NCBI GenBank assembly: GCA_951406725.2 | Contig: OX597838.1 | Span: 29,636,001 to 29,700,000 of the forward strand | Length of the DNA: 64,000 bases | Direction: 5' to 3' | Source: Octopus vulgaris | Taxonomy: Eukaryota | Shown here: piece by piece, positions 35,878 through 47,734 of the stretch | Position numbering within the stretch: the stretch's first letter is position 1 | Layout: every line of letters begins with the position of its first letter | Position numbers and translations under genes: made by a program | Notes under the pieces: generated by a model | What the model saw: the letters and a program-made list of their open reading frames with translations, nothing else | Told to the model about the DNA's origin: nothing | Databases searched by the model: none

Positions 35878-38523
35878 GGCGCCATAAACTCTGGAAGAAA
35901 ATAAAAACAAAAATCCATTAACATGTTGAGACATACTGATTTCAAATTTTGACACAAGGCCAGCAATTTCGGGGAGATGAGGTAAGTTGATTACATCAAC
36001 CCCAGTACTTAACTGGTACTTAGTTTTATTCTCCCCGAAAAGATGAAAGGCAAAAATCAACCATGGCAGAATTTGAACATACTGAGACACATCAAAATGA
36101 TTTGTAGAAAATATTAACTTCAGTGGCACATAAAAGGCACAATTCGAGTGTGATCGTTACCAGCGTCACCTTACTGGCACTTGTGCCCATGGTAGTAGGG
36201 TGCCAAGAGCACCATTCGAGCGTGATCATTGCCAGAGCGGCTAACTGGCTTCCGTGCCAGTGGCACATAAAAGGGCACCATTCGACTGTGATCGTTACCA
36301 GCGTCGCCTTACTGGCACCTGTGCCGGTGGCATGTGTAAAAAGATTCGAGCGAGGTCATTGCCAATACCGCCTGACTGGACACCCCGTGCCGGTGGCACA
36401 TAAAAAGCACCCACTACACTCTCGGAGTGGTTGGCGTTAGGAAGGGCATCAAGCTGTAGAAACTCCTGCTAGATCAAGATTGGAGCCTGGGGCAGCCATC
36501 TGGTTCGCCAGTCCTCAGTCAAATCATGCAACCCATGCCAGCATGGAAAGCGGATGTTAAACAATGATGATGAATTTTAAAGGTGAAAAATATTTTAATA
36601 TTTTACATTTTTACAATTAACCTTTAATAAGGGAAAATGTTTATTCATCTTTAAAGACGGCATCAACAGCAGAGGTTTGGAAGTGCTGCCCCTCAACTAT
36701 CCCCGCTTAATGGGAAAAGAAACAGCTTCCTTTTTTTCTTGCCTAGATATCTTGTTTCAGTGATTCATACTATAAAATAGTTAGCATTTGGCAGCGTGCC
36801 CAGCCATAGAAACAATGCCAAAGTAGATACTGGCACATAATGCAGTCCTCTGATCTGTGACTCTATCCTCTGACTCATGTCAGCATGAAAGTCAAACATT
36901 AAACCAGTAGTCCCCAAACCTGGGGTCTGCAAAGGTAGTACTGGGGGTCCATGAACTAAATTCAAAATTTCATATATATTTATATATGCATAGGAGTGGC
37001 TGTGTGGTAAGTAGCTTGCTTACCAACCACATGGTTCCGGGTTCAGTCCCACTGCGTGGCACCTTGGGCAAAATGTCTTCTACTATAGCCTCAGGCTGAC
37101 CAAAGCCTTGTGAGTGGATTTGGTAGACGGAACCTGAAAGCCTGTCGTATATATATGTGTGTGTGTGTGTGTTCGTCCCGTCCCCCCCCATCATCGCTTG
37201 ACAACTGATGCTGATGTGTTTATGTCCCTGTAACTTAGCAGTTCGGCAAAAGAGACTGATAGATTAAGTACAAGGCTTACAATGAATAAGTCCTGGAGTT
37301 AATTTTCTCGGCTAAAGGCGGTGCTCCAGCATGACCACAGTCAAATGACTGAAACAAGTAAAGAGAGTAAAGAGTATATATATATATATATACTCTTTAC
37401 TCTTTGTACATATATATATAAGAATATCCTGAGGTCTGTGGAAAAACTCATTTAAAGAAAAAGGGGTTCTTGGAAGTGAAGGGGTTGGGAACCACTGCAT
37501 CAAACGATGATGATGATGACGATATTGTGTAATGTGACCTTCCACCCTCCTCCCCACCACCACCACCTCCAGGACAGTAGGATATGACCTGTAAACGATG
37601 TCGCGGCTATATTTTACTTCCTTTCTGTAAAAACTGCAACCTACCCTTATTGTAACGTAAAGAGCTGCAAAAGCATAGACTCAATTGACTAAACACTCAG
37701 CACCGAATTGGCAACGAAACCCTCCGTCATTTACTTCCACCAACTATATGTAAACGAAGTCTACATTCATATATAAATGAGTAACAGTTATATCATGGCG
37801 AAGTCATTTGAAACACACAAACATACTGTTCTAATACCTAATGCTAAGGTTAGTGAAAGTGGTATGTAATGGCCTGGCTCTCATTCCCTTACGACGGCGA
37901 GTGTCCCAGCTGATATAATCAACAGAACAGTCAGTTCATGAAATTCATGTGTAAGTGGCTGAGCACTCCACTGACACGCATACCCGTAAGAGAAATTCTG
38001 TGTGAGAGGGGGAAAAAAATCACATCTTCTCAATTATAAATTTATTAACATTTCGAACCCCTTTGTAACTTTTGAGCCACCCTATATATATGTATGCAGT
38101 ACGATTTGTCAGTGAATAGGTCACGGTCTCAAAGCGACGAAAATATTTTGACAAATTAAACTTAAATGTTGAAGTGAATCTAACGGCTTTTGTGTGTTTC
38201 TTAAATGGCTTACAAACACCTTCCACGCTGCAATTGTTTTCGTTCCAGCACACGATCTCAAATCAAATATATATATATATATTCGGCTCATGATCGTAGA
38301 GTTGTGAGTTCGATTTACGACGGCGCGTTGGGCCTTTGAGCAAACACTTTATTCACATCGATCCAGTTCACTCAATTGGCAAAAATGAGTAGTATTTCAA
38401 AGGGCCAGCCTTGTCATATTGTGCCACGCTGAATCTCCTTACGTGTGTCTGTGGAGTGCTCAGCCACTTACACCATAATTTCCCAAGCAGGCTGTTCCAT
38501 CGGATCAACTGGAACCCTCATCG

Positions 38524-38575
<52 letters not shown>

Positions 38576-38637
38576 ATTCGTTAGCTACTGCACGCATTTT
38601 TTTCTCTCCTTCTTTCTGTGTTTTTCTCTCTCTGTGT

Positions 38638-38676
38638 ATCTTTCTGTTGAAGAGCGTAGGCTCGAAACGTTAAAGA
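38638..38676 (+). ncRNA. Minimal hammerhead-like motif H4 (A6U); related decayed copy near 50203-50236
   Basis: TCTTT CTGTTGA A GAGC gtag GCTC GAAA CG TT AAAGA, same architecture as H1, in a roughly 200-bp repeat between (TA)n tracts. Confidence 0.55.
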
Positions 38677-40399
38677 CTTGGTTTATTTATATTTCCTGAG
38701 CGCCATACTAATACAATTGTTCGTTTGTTTTCCACCTGCCTTCGTCTTTTGTTTATTTTCATAAAGCTTCCCGTTATATATATATATATATATATATCCA
38801 TTCGTAACTAGCGGGATGAAATGCTCATTTACAGATTTTAAAAATATATATTTTGAAAAACTCGGAAACCATCACCCCGACAACAGATACTCAGAACTAG
38901 TTAAATCTATTGAAATATTAGCAAATTGAAATTAACCAAAATAGCTAAAATATCAACAAAAGATGTTAATTTTGTTTAAAAAAACCCTGAAGTTGAGCAG
39001 CCAATTTCTACGCTAAGTACAGATTGTCAAACGGAAAATTGTGATAAATTTCAATAATTATCGTATTTTTATGCAATTGTTAATTTACTTAGGAAAAAAT
39101 ATGATTTTCCTATCCTTCTGGGTGCATAAAATTACGCTTTTTAAGTTTAAAAAAAAACAACTCCAAAGTTTCGTTACTTAAACTGAAGTTCTGCCCCCAA
39201 AATTATTCAAAATAAAATACACCAACCTTTTAGGGTCCAGGTTGAAATTAAATTAAATTAAACAAAATTTCAAACTGCATGCATGAATCGCAGCAAACAA
39301 GATGTATTCCTCAACACTATTTAATTCATTTCCTGCCAATAAATAAACATTAATTCTGTTTCTTTTCTTAAGAATTTCTCTGGTTTTGCGCGAAATGTTT
39401 TCGCGTCAAAACATTGATGTTCCTCAACCAGCACTGAAGAGTAGAAACACAACAGTAAGTTAGAGTCATGTCCCTTTATATGTTTCGGTTTTGTTATTTA
39501 GCCCAAGGTCAACCTTATTTGGGTAGGCCTACGATGGAAGACGTTCTAGTCGGGATCATTCCGTCTTGTTCAAACTTGACTACATTATCCTTTCGGATGA
39601 GTCAAGTACTGGGGTCGATGTAATCGACTGATCCCCTCTCCCAAATTTCAGACGTGCCTATAGACAATAGAGTGTGATTTGAGGAGAACTTGGGGGCTGT
39701 TTCTTGCAAAACGAGCGACCAGGTTGAGGTTTATTCACTGATCGTGGGAGTTACGATATTTGTTCTAAAACCAAATACTGGAGTCGATAAAATAAATACC
39801 AGTAATATACACGTGTATAACGAGGAGGCATCTATATACTTGCTAGAAACAGCAACCAAATGTCCTTCAAATCATACTCTAACGTCTAAAATGTGGAACG
39901 ATGTGTTAGTGTAGTTTGTTTGAAAACAAACAAGGACAGACAAAGGTATTAAATCGATTACATCGACCCCAGTGCGTAACTGGTACTTAATTTATCGACC
40001 TCGAAAGGATGAAAGGTAAAGTCGACCTCGGCGGAATTTGAACTCAGAACGTAACGGCAGACGAAATACGGCTACGCATTTCGCCCGGCGTGCTAACGAT
40101 TCAGCCAGCTCCCCTCCTTACAGCCCTTAATGCATCCACCTTAAGGCGGAGAGCTGGCAGAATTGTTAACGCCGGGCAAAATGCTTAGCGGCATTTCGTC
40201 CGTCTTCGTGTTCTGAGTTCAAATTCTGCAGAGGTTGACTTTGCCTTTCATCCTTTCTCGGTTGACAAATAAGTACCAGTGGAACACTGGAGGTAGATGT
40301 AATTGATTTAATTCGGTCCCACGAACCTGCTGGCCTTGTGCCGAAATTTGAAATCAGTAATCCTTTCCACTATAGGCACGTCTGAAATTTGGGAGAAGG

Positions 40400-41280
40400 G
40401 ATCAGTCGATTACATCGACCCTCCTGTGCATAACTGGTACTTATTTAATCGACCCCGAAAGGATGAAATGCAAAGTCGACCTCGGTGGAATTTGAACTCA
40501 GAACATAAAGACAGACGAAATACCTATTTCTTTACTACCCACAAGGGGCTAAACAAGGACAGACAAACGGATTAAGTCGATTACATCGACCCTCCAGTGC
40601 ATAACTGGTACTTATTTAATCGACCCCGAAAGGATAAAAGGCAAAGTCGACCTCGGCGGAATTTGAACTCAGAATGTAACGCCAGACGTAATACCTATTT
40701 CTTTATTACCCACAAGGGGCTAAACAAGGACAGACAAACGGATTAAGTCGATTACATCGACCCTCCAGTGCATAACTGGTACTTATTTAATCGACCCCGA
40801 AAGGATAAAAGGCAAAGTCGACCTCGGCGGAATTTGAACTCAGAATGTAACGCCAGACGTAATACCTATTTCTTTATTACCCACAAGGGGCTAAACACAG
40901 AGCGGACAAACAAGGACAGACATAGGTATTAAGTCGATTTCATCGACCCCAGTGCGTAACTGGTACTTATTTAATCGACCCCGAAAGGATGAAAGGTAAA
41001 GTCGACCTCGGCGGAATTTGAACTCACAACGTAACGCAGACGAAATACCTATTTCTTTACTACCCACAAGGAGCTAAACACAGAGCGGACAAATAAGGAC
41101 AGACATAGGTATTAAGTCGATTTCATCGACCCCAGTGCGTAACTGGTACTTATTTAATCGACCCCGAAAGGATGAAAGGTAAAGTCGACCTCGGCGGAAT
41201 TTGAACTCACAACGTAACGCAGACGAAATACCGCTAAGCATTTCGCCCGGCGTGCTAAAGTTTTTGCCAGCTCGCCACCA
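40400..41280 (-). repeat. Tandem array (about 5 units of 170-180 bp) of SINE family B
   Basis: Repeated AACTGGTACTTATTTAATCGACCCCGAAAGGATGAAAGGCAAAGTCGACCTCGGCGGAATTTGAACTC; the core resembles the Meta-SINE domain as I recall it. Other copies near 12860-13090, 17115-17430, 26545-26775, 27865-28230, 57870-58465, 61995-62225. Confidence 0.8.
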
Positions 41281-42226
41281 TAAATTGGAATCAATAATAG
41301 TCCACCCTACATCTCTGTTTATCTCGTTGTGGCACTCTGTCGGTTACGACGACGTGCGTTCCAGTTGATCCGACCAACGGAACAGCCTGCTCGTGAAATT
41401 AACGTGTAAGTGGCTGAGCACTCCACAGACACGTGTACCCAACAGGAAGAAAGACTGAAAGAGTACAGCAGGGTTCGCTACCACCCCCTGCCAGAGCCTC
41501 GTGGAGCTTTAAATACTCACGATGCCCGGTGTGGAAATCGAAACCGCTACCCTAACCACTGGACCATTGCGTCTCCTCTTCTTATCTAAAACGCGGTATA
41601 ATGCCTCTATTAATTATCTTGCTAACGATTGTATTGATATGCAAATTAGGCCAGGTTAATGAGAGCGTGTGCAACATAATGAATAGCTATAGGGTGTTAT
41701 GTTCTCTGAAGGAAATATATAACTCAATTCTGATAAAGAAATCAATAAATCCTGAATGAGAATGGAGCTAGGAGTAATGGTAATTCAGCGATGATTTTAT
41801 GTTCCCCACAACTCTAAAACGCCTTATTAATTAGAATTCCTTAGATTACCAGGGCAGATGTCCCTCCAGCACAAGGAACCCATCTTCCATAAAGCATCGT
41901 TTGGGTATAGGTCTTTGCTTCAAGAGTTTGCATCACTCCTCAAACGCTAGTCTTGCGAATTGGCAAGGGTGATTTCTAGGCACCGAGGAGGTCCGGCATT
42001 CTTCTAGTTGCATCAATCCACTGCTCCACATTGGCACTTTGGCACTTTATGATCGACTCCCGAAAAGATGACAAGCAAAGTCGACTTTGATGAGATTTGA
42101 GCTCATAGCATAGAGGGAGAGAACAAATACTGCGAGGTAACCAGATGCTCAAACGACTCGGCCAATTTCACACACACACACAGAAAGAGAAAGACGCAGC
42201 AACACACGTTTACTGGTACTACTTAA

Positions 42227-42419
42227 AAAGAGTGGTCCCGGTGCGCGCATCCGCGCTAGCTAGTCGATCCTACAACGATTACCTAGCAAAGTAAATAAAA
42301 CACAAAATAAATAAATTTTTTTAAACAAAGTAAATAAAACACAAAGTAAAGATCGACTAGTCACGACTAGCTAGCGCGGATGCGCGAGTACGCGAGTGCG
42401 CGCACCGAGACCACTCTTC
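42227..42419. mobile_element. CpG-rich MITE, Kolobok-like
   Basis: TTAA on both sides; TIR AAGAGTGGTC(C/T)CGGTGCGCGCA with RR..YY termini; inner inverted repeat CGCGCATCCGCGCTAGCTAGTCG. Confidence 0.65.
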
Positions 42420-43089
42420 TTAAATAGTTCCCGTTTACTTATTCGCTCAGCCACTTGGAGATTCACCCTTGATCGACCAGGCAGTAATGATAGTAATCTT
42501 TTCTACTATATGCAGGGGAGGGGGGTTAGTCGGTTACATTCGACCCCAGTACTCAACTGGTACATATTTTATCGACCCCGAAAGGAAGAAAGGCAAAGCC
42601 AACCTCGGCGGAATTTGAACTCAGACCCGGCGTGCTAACGATACTGCCAGCTCGCCGACTTAAAAAGAAAGAAAGAAAATTCTCGTTCATAACTAGAAAT
42701 TCTAAGTAACGATTGGGTAAGTTATCTGTTTCGAATGAGCACACAGACACACACACACACACACACACACTCATTAAATAATAAAGTATATATTTATAAA
42801 CAATCATTATTTAAAAACAAAAATACGACAATATGCCTATGTAAACCTCCGACTAACTCCTCCTTGTTACCCTTGCTTAAACCGGAGAAAAAACATCGGA
42901 TCCCTCACATGTGATAACAGTAACTCGATCACAACACCTAATACCGTAGAGGTCAGCTTCTACTTTGCAGTAAAACCCAAATTACATAATCTCTAGAATC
43001 GATTAAATCGATCCTGTTTAATACTAGCGAAGTAAATGCCAATACAATTCATTTTTCATCGATCCACCCGGCTTAATTTTCCGAATTCA

Positions 43090-43240
43090 TCGCCCAATGT
43101 CAAAAACGAAGTCCTCTCACAGGCTCCGGTGTCTTTAATTATACGGAGAACGTTTTATTGTCCGACACCGGTTGGCGGTGTCCTATGAATTTCCCAATAT
43201 TCCGTTCAATGCGTTTATCTTTTCACGGTAAGAATTGGTT
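43090..43240. promoter_or_regulatory. Candidate promoter and first non-coding exon of DHX36, possibly bidirectional
   Basis: Repeat-free CpG-richer patch; plus-strand donor CG|GTAAGA at 43228 and minus-strand donor CT|GTGAGA at 43120; the DHX36 ATG exon has an acceptor (46733) so needs an upstream exon. Confidence 0.45.
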
Positions 43241-44394
43241 TTTCCGTTTCTCTTGGATTCTTTCTGGGAATTATCTGAAATCATTTGTCTTTATGTGGAT
43301 GGCAATTTTGATTTTAATTTGTTATTTACATCACATTCTTTATCTCGAATATTTTTTTTGATATCTAAATATTTTATTTTTCGCCGAAAAGAGAAAATTT
43401 CTTGCCACAAATAAACGATCATATTTTGGCATTTAAATGACGGTTCGTTTTCGTATCCACCTCCAAATGTTTATACATCGGGGCTAAACAAAACAGTTAC
43501 GTTAAATATTTATTTATTTTTTCCTCCTCTTCTGCCAAGCCAAAATAATAAGAAAAATAACATTAAGACATTTTAACTAAAAATTGAGAAGCGAAACCGA
43601 TAAACTGCCGGGTTTTGTCATGAAATTTTATTTTCGTCTTTTCAACGACTAAAAAATGAGATTGGGCAATGTTTATGCCGTTTTTGCTTATTTTCCCCTA
43701 TTTTATTCAATCAGCAGAATTAGACGCAAAACCGAAAGTAAAAAGACTTGAATTTGGGATCAAACTGCAACTATGTGCTTCTTTTGTTGTTGTTTTAAGT
43801 GCACGCAGACTCTGATTACGCATCCGTATAAAAAAAGCATGCCAATCGTGACCATCTCGTCTTATATTTTTATTCAGGTTTTGTGTATCTAGTTCTACAT
43901 TATTTCGTGTATTCCTTCTTGCAGACGTGGCTTCGTGATCCAGAAATTGGTTTCGCTACTGCGTCCCTGCGTGTGGCACTTTGTTTAAATGTCTTCTGCC
44001 ACAGTTTTGTGTCGACTTGGAGGCTTTTGGAGTGAAATTTTGGTGAATGGATCTTTATAATCGGTGGCACTGTTCTTAGGTGGGAATCTGAATAAATCTC
44101 ACCGTTTAACACCTGGTCCGTGGGTACCTTTGTTGCCAGAATTCATGCCAAGTCTCTGGCCTGAGAATAACTTCTATTCTTTCTTCCTACCAGTCTCAAA
44201 GGCACCAATAATGGTCATGGGTGTTGCCAAGCCAACAAAAAACACAGTCAAACTTCCACAAAGAATCTTTACAGTAGATTTATCTCTAAAAACTCTTAAT
44301 TCCTTGTGTGACACCTTGGGCCAGTGTCTTCTACTATAGCCTCAGACCTTGTGGGTGGGTTTGGTAGACAGACACTAAAAGCCCATCATGTTTA

Positions 44395-44444
<50 letters not shown>

Positions 44445-44599
44445 TTGTATTTATTTGTATTAAAAAAACACAAATTTCCACACGAAAGCATGTGATCTCT
44501 GCCCTTGGCATGTAGCTTCAACCGTGTTTTTCTGACGTGAATTTGCTACCCAGGTATTGGTTAACCGAATTATCCATACTAAGATAATTCATTCAACTA

Positions 44600-44648
<49 letters not shown>

Positions 44649-46741
44649 CAATAAGAAAATGGAGGGGATCAATAGGTGGTTCATCAACTTTTAGACATTA
44701 TATTATGACAATTTATTTATTTACTAAAATGACAATTATAACAATATACATACATGTATAACATGTCATGCTTTACATATATAATATATATAAAAATATC
44801 AGTAATTATTAAACATATAGCAATATATATATATTAAAGAAAAAAAGAAAACAAAACCAAGGTAGGGCAGGCTTATCAGATCTTCTTGATCTGATGGTCT
44901 GATAAGCCTCTCCTGCCTTGATTTTTCCTTTTCTTTTAATTCGTACTCACTTGGAAGCCTGCTTATGGACCCTTAGCTTCAGTCTCCATTGTGAACCTGG
45001 ATCTGAACAGATGACCAATTACAGCACTTATGTAGCGTACATATTGGTTTAGATCATCAGTGACCTAAATCCTTCCTATTCCATATATATATATATATAT
45101 ATATATATCATCATCATCATTTAGCGTCCACTTTCCATGCTAGCATGGGTTGGACGGTTCAACTGGGGTCTGTGAAGCCAGAAGGCTGCATCAGTCCCAG
45201 TCTGACCTGGCAGTGTTTCTACGGCTGGATGCCCTTCCTAACGCCAACCACTCCATGAGTGTAGTGGGTGTTTTTAACTACACTCACGGAGTGGTTGGCG
45301 TTATATATATGTGTGTGTGTGTGTGTGTAGGTGAGGGTGCTTTTGTGTCTCTTTTTGTCCCCTACCACTGCTTGACAACTGGTGTTGGTGTGTTTACATC
45401 CCCATAAAGCATTTTGTCAAAAAGACCAATAGAATAAGTAAAAGGCTTCAAAAAAAGTAAGATCTGGGGTCGATCCATTCAACTAAAAATTCCAGGTGGT
45501 GCCCCAGCATGGCCATGACTGAAACAAATAAAAACAGTAAAAGTGAACTAACATTCTATGAAGAAATTAAAACACAGATTCATAGAATCTCTTCAAGACT
45601 AATTATTTCCATTGTTAATGAAGTGTCTCCATTCATAAAATGCTTAATTAATAAGCTACAGATTGCATCGTGCTAATGATTTTTTTAAATGAATGAAATA
45701 GGGCCATACATGATTACAACCAACTAGAAACAGTCAAAACTTTGTGATAAGTAAACAATATACCCATCATGACTACCCGTCTAATAAGGGTACACCAGGC
45801 ACATGCATCACAAACGTATGTGCACAACATGGTGATTTTCATATCAAGATAAACAGCACATGACCTTGCAGGTGGGGCCCAGTTAGAATTTTCATCAGGT
45901 CAAGAAGCCCACCTCACTCTAAAGGTCCCTGAATAAGGGTTGTTTAAGGATGATAAACGAAACACCCATGTTTCCAAAGATGAATTATCCAAACTTGTAA
46001 GAATTCCTTTCAACACAAGGCTATGATGCTCCCCCACTACTTCTGCTCATGATCAGAGATGCACATATCATCAGCCACCAAGGGACATGCTTAACTGGTT
46101 AAGTTCAAACAACTGACAATCAAATCTTTGGTATTGAGCAGAATATTTGCTTTAGCCCGTCTTTTATACCAAGACAAAATAATGTACATGATAACACTTC
46201 CAATCAGTTAAGATCATCAGCAGCCATGAGAGCCACTGCCTGGTACTGCATCAGAGCATTAATAATAATAATAATTATTATTAAGGTGGCATACTGGCAG
46301 ACCCATTAGCATGCTGGGTGAAATACTTAGCAGTATTTTGTTTGCCATTACGTTCTGAGTTCAAATTGCGCTGAGATCGACATTGCTTTTTGTCCTTTCA
46401 GGATCAATTAAATATGTACCAGTCAGGTACTGGGGTTGATGTGATAGCCCCAGGAGGCCACTGCCTCCAGCTGGCTATAGACACACTTTCTGCAAACTAC
46501 AGTAGCATCCACCCTTAGGGGTTAGTCATATTTCAATGGCAAATATACGTCACGATGTGTTGTAGATTTATTATTATTATTATTGTTATTATCATAATAT
46601 AATTCCTTAATTTTAATTTCAAATTTCTAATCCTATTATTTCATATTGTGACGAAATGAATTTCTCTTTTGCAATGAGTGTGATCTCTTGGAGAACCACA
46701 TGGGTGTATTGTATATTCTGTTGTTTATTCCAGCATTGAGA

Positions 46742-47679
46742 ATGTCATATCGGGAAAGAGGTCGCCGATCCTTTGATCAGGGCTATGGTGGAGGAAGACA
46801 CGGTGGAGGTGGCCACGGAAGAGGCGGTCGAAAGTACCAGGACTATGACAGTGCTGACAATGGTATGTTATTTTTACTCAAAGACGAATATGTGTGAGAG
46901 AAGAAATTTTTTAAAATGTTGTTTTATTGAAGATTTACTCCACTGAACAAGGCCAGGGTCCACAACCATTCCCAGATCTTAGATATCCGGTGGAGTTGTA
47001 TCGGATTAATAATAACTAAATCATTGTTATTAGTGATCAGACTTCAACTGTATCATATTCCCCAGACCAAGAGAAAGACTTTGGGGCACTGGCCTTGCTC
47101 TCTGGGTTTAAAACTGAATGCAGAAAACATTGACCCTTTAGCATTTAAACTGACCATATTTGGTCCAAATATTCTGTTTTATGTTCAAACTGGCCAGATC
47201 TGGCCTCTCATACCAGTCCTACAATGTCATTCTAAGATACCCTATCACATCATTAAAATTTCAAAGCTATCAGATAAATACATGGTTAATTCTAAACAAT
47301 GTGAATAAATAATTATTATATCTGTCAGAGTAATTTGAATGCTGAAGGGTTGAAAACTTATCTGGAAATAAGCCCCGAGGAGAAGAAAGCAAAAAAAAAA
47401 AGAAGAAAAAAAAAACAAACAAACAAACAATACTGCTTATCTTTTATTCTTTTGCTTGTTTCAGTCATTCGACTGCGGCCATGCTGGGGCACTGCCTTTA
47501 GTCAAACAAATCCACCCCAATACTTATTCTTTGTAAACCTGGTACTTATTCTATCAGTTTCTTTTGCTGAAATGCTAGGTTAAGGGTATGTTAACACACC
47601 AACATTGGTTGTCAAGTGGGGGGTGGGGGCAAACACAGACACACAAATACACACATTTGTATGTGTGTGTGTGTATATG

Positions 47680-47734
<55 letters not shown>

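Noticed and set aside
35878-36129. N-terminal extension of TADA2A suggested by the 245-aa ORF
   Set aside because: The extension runs through a clear acceptor into SINE sequence; the gccATGG at 35877 precedes the ZZ domain.
43924-44080. Extra DHX36 5' UTR exon
   Set aside because: Plausible acceptor but ambiguous donor; unsupported without transcript data.
44680-45070. TGATGA motifs and the GGCTTATCAGA..TCTGATAAGCC hairpin as ribozyme or snoRNA
   Set aside because: No complete hammerhead or C/D box arrangement could be built.
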